From Candidatus Hydrogenedentota bacterium (GTDB lineage: Bacteria > Hydrogenedentota > Hydrogenedentia > Hydrogenedentales > SLHB01): a stretch of DNA of 64,000 nucleotides. The notes under the pieces were generated by a model, which saw only the letters and a list, made by a program, of their open reading frames with translations, was not told where the DNA came from and ran no database searches. This document shows, piece after piece, positions 21,401 to 30,228 of the stretch. Both the position numbers and the translations under genes were made by a program. The stretch is from assembly GCA_963668025.2 (NCBI GenBank), contig CAXXTH010000012.1, forward strand, positions 32,001 through 96,000, given 5' to 3'. The stretch's first letter is position 1, and the number at the start of each line of letters is the position of its first letter.

Positions 21401-21717
21401 GGCAGACATTCACGTTTTCAGGTTCGGAAGGCGTTCCAGCGCGGCTCATCATTGAAGATGCGGCGGATGTAGTGGAGCTGGCCCTGAATGGAATCGGCGT
21501 GGGAGTATGTCTCTGGCCTCCATATGTGTTTGAAGTAGGAAAACTGCTTCATCCTGGGAAAAATGACATCGAAATACGGATAACGAATATCTCTTCCAAC
21601 CGCTATATGTCTGTCCAAGATGCCAGTACGGCTTGTCCTACGGGGCTTACGGAAGATCTACGCAATTATAAGCCCATCCCAGCGGGATTGTTGGGAGCGC
21701 TCCGGCTTGTTTGGTAG
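18472..21717 (+). CDS. GH106-like glycoside hydrolase
   Basis: RP..MWFWN, WLYDEYAWPSG.AGG, GSFTDEP, LTGH...EE, PGID, LCETY; C-terminal beta-sandwiches. Confidence 0.82.
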   Translation: MNAVGQTRDNLDAFRPVLMWFWNASLNEAEIRRQIAMFEQARIREFFIHPLYGLEVPYLSDAYFDAFGVAIDEARKRGMRVWLYDEYAWPSGTAGGSVIRDHPEDRMMALWHARFELEPGEEAECAPPGNLVSAHVIQWKQTLNGIAAQAERLEALPPRWRNDSAGRVSLLVCSEQASEGLHPSARWRSDASNQRGSLDGCSPEAVRHFIDATHEAYYRRFPDAFGTVIAGSFTDEPPLNIGWVLQPIGSFTGLPWHRGLLEAFEKEMGYNLADKLHELTFPIGNYVRTRCDYWRYLTQRFENAYFRQISEWCQQHGIALTGHVNAEESLIATLLCTGDWSAALKWFHVPGIDNILSRQQLGTDASVPPAKQVSSLASQLGRERTLCETYSGSGWNTTFLDMKRILDRLAVLGVNQIQYMGGYYTMKGFRKLKPDAGWPPSHFEQNSLWPYYSHFSDYAARVCLANTQGTHAAEVAMLYPIVSAWAGFQFGHDTHMSTSTTYRRKMDCLSKTYEGMACALLEVQADYEILYEDSLARATIEDGWIRLDGGLAFSTLILPACTALRPRTLEQMEAFAASGGRLLFVNGLPTHFDTGESICVRVTRAWNMDVEATNSLVMEVIDGEVPCVLPADIIYTSANTPNVRAISTNCLQGPARAKLQEALIRELPESARVRFEPQSAALTIHCRQVEDASCVFIVNGAPESYAGRVAIPPHHAVEFYKPETDTWSAAMIEMRGEDAFATLRLAPYEAAVLRQTPGASLDTGASAPESNAFVLDGPWTVTPVSPNLLPLFASVFEEDGAPLSLEKAETLAPEQFAPCIDGRFVEGYSMGVSEGNGWGVMQGAYPLSSFVKGKAYWVRAEFDVLSAPEGMRLVTEALGQTVIALNGRPLCLSPCRDWDESNLGACVDGMLQPGRNILLMRLVMPEWEGPHALPFTALCGPFQLDAQHRIILPLPIRETGDWCGQGYPFYSGTMSYRQTFTFSGSEGVPARLIIEDAADVVELALNGIGVGVCLWPPYVFEVGKLLHPGKNDIEIRITNISSNRYMSVQDASTACPTGLTEDLRNYKPIPAGLLGALRLVW

Positions 21718-21741
21718 TTCGCGAATGCGCACTTATGCGCG

Positions 21742-21753
21742 TTTGTATACAAA
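21742..21753. promoter_or_regulatory. Palindromic operator candidate (GntR/FadR type)
   Basis: Perfect palindrome tttgtatacaaa ~24 bp upstream of a -35 box; matches the TKGT-N2-ACMA pattern. Confidence 0.55.
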
Positions 21754-21776
21754 TTGTAGATATATTGTTTTTCTTA

Positions 21777-21805
21777 TTGACAGTAGGCTTGAAAACAGGT
21801 ACGAT
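21777..21805 (+). promoter_or_regulatory. Sigma70-type promoter
   Basis: TTGACA-17 bp-TACGAT upstream of the gene at 21919. Confidence 0.7.
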
Positions 21806-21918
21806 ACTTCAGAATTATCTACCAGAGAGTAAGATTTGAGCAAGAGGATGCAACAACAGGATGCTGCGGAGCCTGTCAGAGTACAGGCTCAAAACTCGGA
21901 AGGGAGGATGTTATAATT

Positions 21919-23484
21919 ATGAGTATTCCACGATTTTGCATGGCTATGGCGATTCTGTTCGCCGGAATCATGGCGTTTGCGCCCGCGAACGCCGCAGTAC
22001 TTGAGGTGACACATACGCCTGGGTCAGGCCAATATGCCAGTGTGACGGAGGCAGTAGCGGCGGCGGCGGCTACGGGGGACACTATTCGCATTATCGACAA
22101 TAGTGCGCCGTTCGAGGAGACTGTCCTCATTAATAAGGTTGTGACGGTGGAAGGCGATGCCAGCCTGGATCCCCGCCCGACCATCCTTGGCCAATGCCAA
22201 GCTGACATTGGTGGTTACTTGTGTACACTTTCTTTTGGGGATGCCTATCCCGATGGATGCGTGTTTCGCAACTTGATTTTTAAGTCTATAGATTTGAATA
22301 ACGATGGCTGGGAGTCAGGCTCTTCGGTCGTGGTATTGCGGCACTGTTTCAATACAGTGTTCGAGAATTGCGAGTTCGATGGAGAGGACCATGTCGAAAC
22401 GACGGTCACCCAGCGGTGGTATTGGGCCAATGTGTTCAATAATTGCACCTTAAAAGGAGGGCAATACACACTGATAACCATGGGAGGAACCGTTACGTTC
22501 AATTCTTGCTTGTTTGAAAAAACAGGCGGGGGCTCTCCTATGATGATGAATAGTAGCGACCAGGAATTAACGGCCACATTCAATGATTGCACCATCGATT
22601 ACACCGACACTTGGGCTGTCCAAACGTATGACCTGTGGGGTGAAAACCTCAAAACCTTCAACTACTCCCGCTGCCTCTTTATTGCTACGGCATCGGCCGG
22701 TGTTCAGACTGTCGCGATACGTCCCGGTGAATCGACCACGACCGATCCTACCTTCAATATTGACAACTGCGACTTTGTGAGGACACCCGAATCCGCGGGA
22801 ACTACATATGGTATTCTGATGGCACATACCTCGAATTTCACGTTAACCGATTCAATCTTCTACAACCTGAATCCTGGCGTAGCCTTCTGGAATCCATGGG
22901 GGTTAACGGGTGGAACCTACACGAACGATTACAATGTATTCCAAGGGAATGAATTTAACATTGAAGGTTTCACCGCAGGCGAGCACACCACCATACTGAA
23001 TACGGGCGACCCACTGTATGTGGATGCCGCAGCCGGAAATTACAAGCTGCTCGATACCTCCGTGGCGGCTACGTATAGCAGCGGCAATACTGCGGAGACC
23101 TGGGCGGGCTCGCAAGGCGTTCTCGCTCCTTATGAAGTCACCGCTGATCCCACAGGCGCGGTTTCGGAAGGCGGAACGCTCACGTTGACCGGCCCTGCGG
23201 ATGGCACGGATTACTACTGGGAAAAAGACGGCGAAGCGCTGTCTGACGATGCGCCGCGTGTAACGGGCACGACTTCCCAGACATTGTCCTTCACATCTGT
23301 CGAAGCGGGTGATGCGGGCGTTTATACCGTGTATTTCAATGATGGCACCGGCGTCCAAAGCGCTTCGTATACGCTCGAAGTGTCTGCTGCTGGTGATTTA
23401 CCCGTCGCTGGCGGCATCGGCCTCGCGCTGGCCAGCCTGGCGATGGGAATCATTGCTGCCCGCAGGGCAAGGCGGACTCGGTAA
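21919..23484 (+). CDS. Secreted right-handed beta-helix protein with Ig domain and C-terminal sorting signal
   Basis: Signal peptide; Y.SV.EAVAAA..GDTI, repeated F.NC.F units; Ig-like YYWEKDG...DAGVYTV; tail LPVAGGIGLALASLAMGIIAARRARRTR. Confidence 0.8.
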   Translation: MSIPRFCMAMAILFAGIMAFAPANAAVLEVTHTPGSGQYASVTEAVAAAAATGDTIRIIDNSAPFEETVLINKVVTVEGDASLDPRPTILGQCQADIGGYLCTLSFGDAYPDGCVFRNLIFKSIDLNNDGWESGSSVVVLRHCFNTVFENCEFDGEDHVETTVTQRWYWANVFNNCTLKGGQYTLITMGGTVTFNSCLFEKTGGGSPMMMNSSDQELTATFNDCTIDYTDTWAVQTYDLWGENLKTFNYSRCLFIATASAGVQTVAIRPGESTTTDPTFNIDNCDFVRTPESAGTTYGILMAHTSNFTLTDSIFYNLNPGVAFWNPWGLTGGTYTNDYNVFQGNEFNIEGFTAGEHTTILNTGDPLYVDAAAGNYKLLDTSVAATYSSGNTAETWAGSQGVLAPYEVTADPTGAVSEGGTLTLTGPADGTDYYWEKDGEALSDDAPRVTGTTSQTLSFTSVEAGDAGVYTVYFNDGTGVQSASYTLEVSAAGDLPVAGGIGLALASLAMGIIAARRARRTR

Positions 23485-23782
23485 TATCTATAGTTAATGG
23501 TAGGGCGCTTTTTCTGGATGCGCGCCTGCAATACGCGCGGTGTGTATGGCAGGGCGGGGAAAGAGAAAGCGCCTTTCCTTTTCTTTGCGGAAACACCTCC
23601 AATAATACCGGTTCTGTTTTTCCACCGATTGCGCTGATGACACTGATGTCCGGAAAAATAAATAGTATACTACTATTTGTCGAAATCTTGTTTCCTTGCA
23701 TGTATTTTCTGTGTAAGTCAAATAGAATCTAATTGTTATAGCATACGTTTTAAATAATGTCTTAGTTGGCTCTTCCTTTGAT

Positions 23783-23842
23783 TGGTGGGGCAAGCCCCAC
23801 CCTACACTTCAAATTTTAGTGTATTTAGTGTATTTAGTGGTT
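23783..23842. repeat. Composite REP (ggtggggcaagccccaccctac) plus 9-nt-period repeat (ttagtgtat)n
   Basis: Near-identical inverted copy at 56465-56517; REP-only copy at ~63559-63580. Confidence 0.85.
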
Positions 23843-23903
23843 AGATCGGGCTCTTTGGTTATGGATTCATCCCTACTCTCCGGCAAAATCGTTGCGGAAT
23901 GTA

Positions 23904-24306
23904 TTATTCCTCTTCCTCCAAGCTATCCAGGACATCTTGCGTGACATTCACCGCAGGAATAGCAGGATCAATTGCTGCAAAATATCCTGCTTGGACCAAG
24001 AGGTCATAATCGGAGCCTTTGCCAAAATCTCTCACTGCCCGAATCGCCCGGGAATTGGCCTTATCCAGTAGAATCCAGTATTCTCCGGTGCCTCTTTTAA
24101 TCTCTCGCTTTTTTATGGCTTTATATGCATCCGTATTTTGCACCAGCGTCGTGAATACGATTTCTCCCGGTTTGTTGAAGCCATCGAGAGAGCCCCAGAG
24201 CACCTGGGGTGGGATCTTGCTTTTCTTTCGGCACGGCATACGTGCTCGCGCCTCCCATGGAAGCGAGGAAAAACAAGACAAATGCGGTATACAATAACTT
24301 CTTCAT
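23904..24306 (-). pseudogene. Small secreted Skp/OmpH-like protein interrupted by a 1-nt frameshift (possibly a sequence error)
   Basis: GGAGG RBS, then MKKLLYTAF signal peptide. Removing one base from the G4 run at 24206-24209 gives a continuous 133-aa ORF ending DYDLLV...NVTQDVLDSL. Confidence 0.65.
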
Positions 24307-24597
24307 GAGTCTTTGAACCTCCCGGACGCGTTAGGCCTGCTTGGACTGCCAGGCAACCCCTTTTCACGTGTTCAGCCTCGACTCCGGCCTTCTTTGCCAT
24401 ACCGCAGCGGATACAATCCGCGAGCCGTTTCGGTTTTAGGCAAAAAAAGCTACATCAGTCTATACTATGATCCTGCCTGTTTTTGAAAAGTTCCCGTTCA
24501 TTCATATGAAATACCGGCGCATGCCATTTCGGAGGTCCGCCTATCCCTGAAGAGGCTTTACTCGATATACATAGTTCCAAATACATATGTTTTTATA

Positions 24598-24626
24598 TTG
24601 ACTAGAACATAATGTCGTGTTATACT
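24598..24626 (+). promoter_or_regulatory. Sigma70-type promoter
   Basis: TTGACT-17 bp-TATACT, with ACAT/ATGT palindromes at 24583-24590 and 24607-24615. Confidence 0.75.
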
Positions 24627-24686
24627 CTAGCCAATGAAATATTTCTTTATTTTGTTTGTATGCATGGAATGAAGGAAACCGGAAAG

Positions 24687-25361
24687 ATGGATACTACAGA
24701 TCCCGTCGAGGCCGGGCATGCGCCATTCAGCCAATCGCTAGATCCCCTGACAGGGCTGCCGGGGCAGCCTGCGTTTACGTCGGTTTTTTCCGAAGCCTTG
24801 GCTCACGCGGAACAGGCGGGCGAGCCCGTTTCGCTTGTGTTGGCGGATATTGATCGGTTCGAAGCCATGAACCGGCAGCTTGGGCGGGATGCAGGCGATG
24901 GCGCGCTCAAGAGTGTCGCGCAAACGATGTCCGGTGTCGTAGCGCAAACGGGCCAGGTGTTTCGATACGGCGGCGATGCGTTCATTGTTCTGATTGAAGG
25001 CATGGAAAAAGAAGATGCCTTCCTGCTGGGTGAACGGGTCCGAAGCGCCATCGAGCAAAGTGATGCAACCATGTCCGCGGAATGTCCTTTGCGCATTACG
25101 GCGGGCGTGGCGGCTTACTCCGATGACGGCGGCACGGTGCAGGAAGTCATCCGCAAGGTCAACGAAGCCTTATACCGAGGCAAAGTACGCGGCGGCAACA
25201 CGGTCTGCATCGCCCGCGAAGAGAAAATGGTCACCAAGACCAGCCACTACACCCAGGGCCAATTGCTCGGCCTGACACGCCTCGCCAAGCGCGAGGGCCT
25301 CGGCGAAGCGGAATTGCTCCGCGAGGCGCTAGACGACCTGCTGAGGAAGTATAACGCGTGA
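24687..25361 (+). CDS. GGDEF-domain protein (variant GGDAF) fused to C-terminal ribbon-helix-helix domain
   Basis: DPLTGL, DIDRF..MN..LG...GD, RYGGDAF, ALY.GK..GGN.V; tail KMVTKTSHYTQGQ...L..LAKREG...AELLREALDDLLRKY has an RHH pattern. Confidence 0.85.
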   Translation: MDTTDPVEAGHAPFSQSLDPLTGLPGQPAFTSVFSEALAHAEQAGEPVSLVLADIDRFEAMNRQLGRDAGDGALKSVAQTMSGVVAQTGQVFRYGGDAFIVLIEGMEKEDAFLLGERVRSAIEQSDATMSAECPLRITAGVAAYSDDGGTVQEVIRKVNEALYRGKVRGGNTVCIAREEKMVTKTSHYTQGQLLGLTRLAKREGLGEAELLREALDDLLRKYNA

Positions 25362-25603
25362 GGAGGCGGCTGCCGGGAGTAATACCCCTAAAGCCTCGTG
25401 TTATAATCACCTGAGTAAAGAAAGAGGATGCGGGTGTTGATATCGGCCTCAGTCGTAACAGGGATAAATGGGCCATTTATCGTCTCTCGCATGGATGCAG
25501 AAGGGTAAGCTTTTAGCGCCTTTTGGTTTTCGCCCCTCTTTTTGTTTGCCATCCGGTGGCGGGTCGCAACAATAGTCCGGCAAACTATGGAGGAAATCTC
25601 CAA

Positions 25604-26179
25604 ATGCTTGTATTCTACAAACGGAATAAGAGGAACATTTCATTTTTCCTGCTTCTCTGCGTAATGGCAGGCGGATATTATGGATATTTGCAAATTTCGG
25701 GGAATTTCCACACAGTTGTGCCTGGTGCATTATACCGGTCCGCACAGATTACGCCGGGGCAGATCTCCAGATACAAAGAACGTTATGGCATCCGCACCAT
25801 CATCAATCTTCGAGGAGATAGTGCTGGCAACGATTGGTACGAAAAAGAAGTGGCGGCAGCTCAGCAACTTGGCATTCAGCATGTTGATTTTGGCATGTCT
25901 GCTAATAAGACACTTTCTATCGCCCAGGCAGGCGAGCTTGTTAAGCTGCTGAAAGCAGTTCCGAAACCGGTGCTGATTCATTGTAAGGCAGGTTCCGATC
26001 GGAGCGGGCTAGTGGCCGCGATATACCTTGCCGCCGTTGATGGCTCTAATGAAGGCCGGGCGGAACGGGAGATATCCATTTGTTACGGCCATATTGGAAT
26101 TCCTTACATATCCTCGGCATACGCCATGGATGAGACGTGGGAGAACCTAGAGCCCTGGCTTGGCTTTGGAGAATCGTAG
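25604..26179 (+). CDS. Membrane-anchored tyrosine/dual-specificity phosphatase family protein
   Basis: N-terminal TM; NFH.V.PG.LYRSAQ, GIRTIINLRG, CX5R loop HCKAGSDRSG; GGAGG RBS. Confidence 0.88.
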   Translation: MLVFYKRNKRNISFFLLLCVMAGGYYGYLQISGNFHTVVPGALYRSAQITPGQISRYKERYGIRTIINLRGDSAGNDWYEKEVAAAQQLGIQHVDFGMSANKTLSIAQAGELVKLLKAVPKPVLIHCKAGSDRSGLVAAIYLAAVDGSNEGRAEREISICYGHIGIPYISSAYAMDETWENLEPWLGFGES

Positions 26180-26219
26180 CCGGCCCAGCGGAACTGTCCA
26201 GCTGCGGGTGTCATGGCTG

Positions 26220-26253
26220 TCGCGCCTGGTGGAAGACATCAGGCGCGAAAAAA
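26220..26253. terminator. Stem-loop, probable terminator
   Basis: tcgcgcctg...caggcgcga followed by an A-run. Confidence 0.5.
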
Positions 26254-26316
26254 GGTATCGAGAGAGGCCACGTTAATACTTTATGTCATACTCGCTTGGC
26301 CTAGAGGAGGTAAAAC

Positions 26317-26616
26317 ATGGAGTTGCCGATTCGGATTGATAAAAGCCAGATAGCGGTATTTTGCAAAAAGCACCATATAACGAAGCTGGCGCTTTTCGGG
26401 TCCGTCTTGACCGAGCATTTCACCGAGGAAAGCGACGTGGATGTGCTGGTGGAATTTGAGCCGGAGCATATCCCGGGCCTGATCCGGCTCTGTGGCATGG
26501 AGCGCGAGCTTTCCGGCATTCTCGGGAGGAAAGCGGACATGCGCACGCCTGGCGATCTAAGCCGGTATTTCCGCGATGAAGTCATCAACTCCGCCGTGGT
26601 GCAATATGCTGCTTGA
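26317..26616 (+). CDS. Minimal nucleotidyltransferase (MntA-type antitoxin)
   Basis: GS-X10-DXD motif (GSVLTEHFTEESDVD); strong GGAGG RBS. Confidence 0.92.
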   Translation: MELPIRIDKSQIAVFCKKHHITKLALFGSVLTEHFTEESDVDVLVEFEPEHIPGLIRLCGMERELSGILGRKADMRTPGDLSRYFRDEVINSAVVQYAA

Positions 26617-26947
26617 CGGTGATCAGGTGAGGCTGAAACACATACTTGATGCCCTTCAAGAAGCTGTAGATTATGTAATGGATGTTGAGTGGACCGAGTT
26701 CGCAGCCAAACGGCCATTACAGCATTCGGTGGTGCGCTGCATTGAAATTGTGGGTGAGGCATCCAGCCGATTATCGAAGGAACTACGAGAATCAAATCCA
26801 CAAATTCCATGGGTGGATATGATTGGCATGCGCAATCGCATTGTACACGCCTATTATGAAATTGATATTGATATTATATGGAAAACAGCGAAAGAAGATT
26901 TACCGAATTTGTTGCCAAAGATAAAGGCTGCCACTCAAAAGCCGTGA
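26606..26947 (+). CDS. HEPN/DUF86 (HepT-type) RNase toxin
   Basis: IEIVGEA, IPW..MIGMRNRIVH.Y (RX4H); overlaps the MNT stop. Confidence 0.92.
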   Translation: MLLDGDQVRLKHILDALQEAVDYVMDVEWTEFAAKRPLQHSVVRCIEIVGEASSRLSKELRESNPQIPWVDMIGMRNRIVHAYYEIDIDIIWKTAKEDLPNLLPKIKAATQKP

Positions 26948-26976
26948 TCTTCAGAATAGATAATATATGCGTTTTC

Positions 26977-27006
26977 ATTCGTGTAAATTGGTGTCCATTC
27001 GTGGTT
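26977..27006. repeat. 9-nt-period repeat (right-arm type, ends gtggtt)
   Basis: attcgtgtaaattggtgtccattcgtggtt, immediately after the TA pair. Confidence 0.65.
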
Positions 27007-27037
27007 CAACTGAATGCTCGATAAGTAGGGGCGTTAC

Positions 27038-27625
27038 ATGGCTTCAACTCCCAAATCTCGATGCGGATGGCCGGGCGATGACCCGTTGATGCGAGCGTAT
27101 CATGACGCGGAGTGGGGCGCGCCACAGCATGACGACCGGGTGTTGTTCGAGTTCGTGACGCTCGAGAGCGCCCAAGCGGGATTGAACTGGAAGACCATCT
27201 TGAACAAGCGTGAGGGCTACCGCCAGGCGTTCGCGGGATTCGACCCGGCGGCTGTGGCGCGGTTCACGGAATGCGACCAGGCACGGCTTCTGGCCGATGC
27301 GGGCATCGTCCGAAACCGCCTCAAGATAGCGGCGGCCATCACCAACGCCCAGGCGTTTCTGGCGATACAGGAGGCCTTCGGCAGTTTCGACGCCTACAGT
27401 TGGCGTTTCGTGGAGGGCGCGCCCATTCAGAACCATTGGCGCACGCTGGCCGAGATTCCAGCCCGTTCCGCCGAGTCAGACGCCATGAGCAAGGATATGA
27501 AGCAGCGCGGCATCAAGTTTTTTGGCACTACCATCTGTTACGCCCACATGCAGGCGGTGGGCATGATGAATGATCATATAATGGATTGTTTCCGGTGGCG
27601 GGAAGTGCAAGCGGTAGGCAAGTGA
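27038..27625 (+). CDS. tag: DNA-3-methyladenine glycosylase I
   Basis: RCGW, YHD.EWG, LE.AQAGL.W.TIL.KR, IVRNRLKI, G.TICYA.MQAVG..NDH...CF. Confidence 0.96.
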   Translation: MASTPKSRCGWPGDDPLMRAYHDAEWGAPQHDDRVLFEFVTLESAQAGLNWKTILNKREGYRQAFAGFDPAAVARFTECDQARLLADAGIVRNRLKIAAAITNAQAFLAIQEAFGSFDAYSWRFVEGAPIQNHWRTLAEIPARSAESDAMSKDMKQRGIKFFGTTICYAHMQAVGMMNDHIMDCFRWREVQAVGK

Positions 27626-27640
27626 ATGGGAGACAAAGTC

Positions 27641-27943
27641 ATGCATACGCGGGAATCAGCGCTGCGGGTTCTGCGTGAGAGCTTGCCGGAATTGAGGAAA
27701 GCTTATGGCGTGCGCCGTTTGGCTTTGTTCGGATCCGTCGCGCGGGATGCTGCACGAGAGGAAAGCGATGTCGATGTGCTGGCCGAATTTGACCGGCCCA
27801 TTGGTTTCCTTTTTGTCGATTTTGCGGAGCATCTTGAACATATACTGGGCGCGAAAGCGGATGTGCTGACGCCCGATGGCGTGGCCGCGATTCACAATCC
27901 TGAGATTGCCACACGTATTCTGGAATCAGCCATCGATGTCTAA
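27641..27943 (+). CDS. Minimal nucleotidyltransferase (MntA-type antitoxin)
   Basis: YGV.RLALFGSVARD.....SDVDVL.EF; start could instead be 27626. Confidence 0.9.
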   Translation: MHTRESALRVLRESLPELRKAYGVRRLALFGSVARDAAREESDVDVLAEFDRPIGFLFVDFAEHLEHILGAKADVLTPDGVAAIHNPEIATRILESAIDV

Positions 27944-28289
27944 ACGTTCGGATAAGGAACTCATTGATGACATGCTTAATGCGTTGAGCCGTATGGAGGC
28001 ATACTGCGCGGAGATGGATTATGCAAGCTTCTTAGAGGATAACAAGACGCAAGACGCGGTGATACGAAATGTGGAGATCCTAGGTGAAGCGGCCAAACTG
28101 GTTTCCGAGGATTTGCGACAAGCCTACCAGGAAATACCATGGCGCAGTATAGCGGGCACACGCGATCGACTTATTCACCATTACTTTGGTGTGAACTGGG
28201 AGATCGTATGGAACATAGTCAAGAATGATAGTCCGATTTTGATTGACAAACTGAACCAAGTTCGATTTAACCAAAAGAGAAACTGTTGA
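27936..28289 (+). CDS. HEPN/DUF86 (HepT-type) RNase toxin
   Basis: TQDAVIRN.EILGEAAK, IPWR.IAG.RDRLIHHYFGV (RX4H). Confidence 0.92.
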   Translation: MSKRSDKELIDDMLNALSRMEAYCAEMDYASFLEDNKTQDAVIRNVEILGEAAKLVSEDLRQAYQEIPWRSIAGTRDRLIHHYFGVNWEIVWNIVKNDSPILIDKLNQVRFNQKRNC

Positions 28290-28322
28290 GTAAATGGTTA
28301 TTGGATAGGAGTAACACGCAAA

Positions 28323-29732
28323 ATGCCGAAGAACATCTATGAAAAAATCTGGGACGCGCATTTGGTGCATGAAGAAGCGGGGCAGTCGCCCATTCTCTAC
28401 ATCGACCGGCAGTATGTCCATGAAGTGACCTCGGCGCAGGCTTTCGATGGATTGCGCCTGTCGGGGCGCAAAGTCCGGCGGCCCGAATTGACCTTCGCCA
28501 CCATGGACCACAATATCCCGACGACCGGGCGCGGCAAGCCCATCGCTGACGCCCTGTCGCGCCAGCAGGTCGAGACGCTCTCGAAGAACTGCGCGGAATT
28601 CGGCGTCGCGTGCTTCGGCATGGATCATCCCTTGAACGGCATCGTCCACGTCATCGGCCCTGAACTGGGCCTAACCCGCCCCGGCATGACCATCGTCTGC
28701 GGCGATTCCCACACGGCCACCCATGGCGCGCTGGGCGCGCTGGCCTTCGGCATCGGCACGAGCGAAGTCGAGCACGTCCTGGCGACACAGACCCTTTTAC
28801 AGAAGAAATCGAAGACCATGGAAGTGCGCGTCACGGGCGCCCTCAAGCCGGGCATCACGGCGAAAGACGTTATCCTGGCCATCATCGGCATCATCGGCAC
28901 GGACGGCGGTACGGGCTACGTCATCGAGTTCACGGGCGACGCCATCCGCGGCTTGAGCATGGAAGGCCGCATGACGGTGTCGAACATGACCATCGAGGCG
29001 GGGGCGCGCGCGGGGCTGATCTCGCCCGACGACACGACCATCGAATACTTGAAAGGCCGCGAGTATCTGCCGAAAGACCAGCCGTGGAACGCCCTCGCGG
29101 CAGGATGGAAGAGCTGGGCCTCGGACCCCGGCTGCGCGTACGACAAGGTGGTCGTGCTCGACGGCGCGTCCATCGAGCCGCAAGTCACGTGGGGCACCTC
29201 GCCGGGCATGGTCACGAGCATTACGAGTAAAACGCCCGTGCTGGCGGACATCGCCGATGCGGATAAGCGCGATTCGGCAGCAAAAGCCCTCGCATACATG
29301 GGCTTGGGCGAAGGCGTACCCATGATGGATATCGCCGTCGACAAGGTGTTCATCGGCTCCTGCACGAATGGACGCATTGAAGACCTGCGCGAAGCCGCGA
29401 AATTCGCCAAGGGCCATAAGGTCCACGCGAATATCCGCCAAGCGCTGATCGTCCCCGGCTCGAACAAGGTCAAACAGCAGGCGGAGGCCGAAGGCTTGGA
29501 CAAGATTTTCATCGAAGCGGGATTCGAGTGGCGGGAAGCGGGCTGTTCCATGTGCCTGGCCATGAACGACGACCGGCTCGATCCCGGCGACCGCTGCGCC
29601 GCCACGTCGAACCGGAACTTTGAAGGCCGGCAAGGCAAAGGCGGCCGCACGCACCTCGTCAGCCCCGCCATGGCGGCGGCGGCGGCGGTGGTCGGCCACT
29701 TCGTGGATATCCGTAATTGGAAATGTGATTAA
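28323..29732 (+). CDS. leuC: 3-isopropylmalate dehydratase large subunit
   Basis: [50 protein letters not shown]. Confidence 0.98.
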   Translation: MPKNIYEKIWDAHLVHEEAGQSPILYIDRQYVHEVTSAQAFDGLRLSGRKVRRPELTFATMDHNIPTTGRGKPIADALSRQQVETLSKNCAEFGVACFGMDHPLNGIVHVIGPELGLTRPGMTIVCGDSHTATHGALGALAFGIGTSEVEHVLATQTLLQKKSKTMEVRVTGALKPGITAKDVILAIIGIIGTDGGTGYVIEFTGDAIRGLSMEGRMTVSNMTIEAGARAGLISPDDTTIEYLKGREYLPKDQPWNALAAGWKSWASDPGCAYDKVVVLDGASIEPQVTWGTSPGMVTSITSKTPVLADIADADKRDSAAKALAYMGLGEGVPMMDIAVDKVFIGSCTNGRIEDLREAAKFAKGHKVHANIRQALIVPGSNKVKQQAEAEGLDKIFIEAGFEWREAGCSMCLAMNDDRLDPGDRCAATSNRNFEGRQGKGGRTHLVSPAMAAAAAVVGHFVDIRNWKCD

Positions 29733-29753
29733 CTGTATAAAAAACGCTCTCAT

Positions 29754-29819
29754 CGTCATTCCCGCGCAGGCGGGAATCCAGGGCTACTCGCATGGGGCCA
29801 TGCTTTCGCGGGAATGACG
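29754..29819. repeat. CGTC-tagged palindromic repeat, copy 1
   Basis: cgtcattcccgcgcaggcgggaatcca...gggaatgacg; second copy at 30062-30127. Confidence 0.85.
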
Positions 29820-29833
29820 GTGGAGAGCAATAG

Positions 29834-29989
29834 ACGCAGAGGCGCGGAGTACGCGGAGAGGACATAAAGTACAGAACAATAGCCACAAAATCCACAAGAG
29901 GCATCAAATGCTTCTTGAACACCAGATAGGAAGGATGAGAACCCGTAGCATGGGCGTCCCGCCCATACGCATGGCCGGGACGGCCATGG
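29834..29989. repeat. Cluster of 9-nt-period repeats and a GTAG REP
   Basis: acgcagaggcgcggagtacgcggagag; agccacaaaatccacaagaggca; gtagcatgggcgtcccgcccat...catggccgggacggccatg. Confidence 0.7.
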
Positions 29990-30135
29990 TGGCGGCGGTT
30001 GGACACTTCGTGAATATCCAGGACTGAAAATGCAATTTACGGCATAAAAAACGGCCTCAACCGTCATTCCCGCGCAGGCGGGAATCCAGGGCGATTTACA
30101 CGAAGCCATGTTTTCATGGGAATGACGGTGGAGAG
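29982..30135 (+). pseudogene. Decayed duplicate of leuC 3' end plus downstream palindrome
   Basis: Translates AMVAAVGHFVNIQD*KCN versus LeuC ...[16 protein letters not shown]; nucleotide similarity to ~29666-29827 continues through the CGTC repeat to gtggagag. Confidence 0.85.
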
Positions 30136-30228
30136 TATCATACGCAAGGCGAGGAAAAGGCAACAGATGAAGTCAGAAGTAGGGACGGTATTGTGAGACA
30201 CATTGGATAATGCATGGAGTAGTTTGAA

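Noticed and set aside
25451-25466. agtcgtaacagg resembling the 16S rRNA 3' end
   Set aside because: Match is about 10 nt with no flanking rRNA similarity.
25578-25610. GGCAAAC...GAAA hairpin after a GGDEF gene, suggestive of a c-di-GMP-I riboswitch
   Set aside because: Lacks the downstream GACGCAAAG and P3 elements; only a 5-bp stem (tggag/ctcca) over the RBS remains.
28797-29759. Long antisense ORFs over leuC and similar shadow ORFs over leuD, GH and TPR genes
   Set aside because: Expected by-product of GC-rich codon bias opposite well-supported genes; no recognisable motifs.
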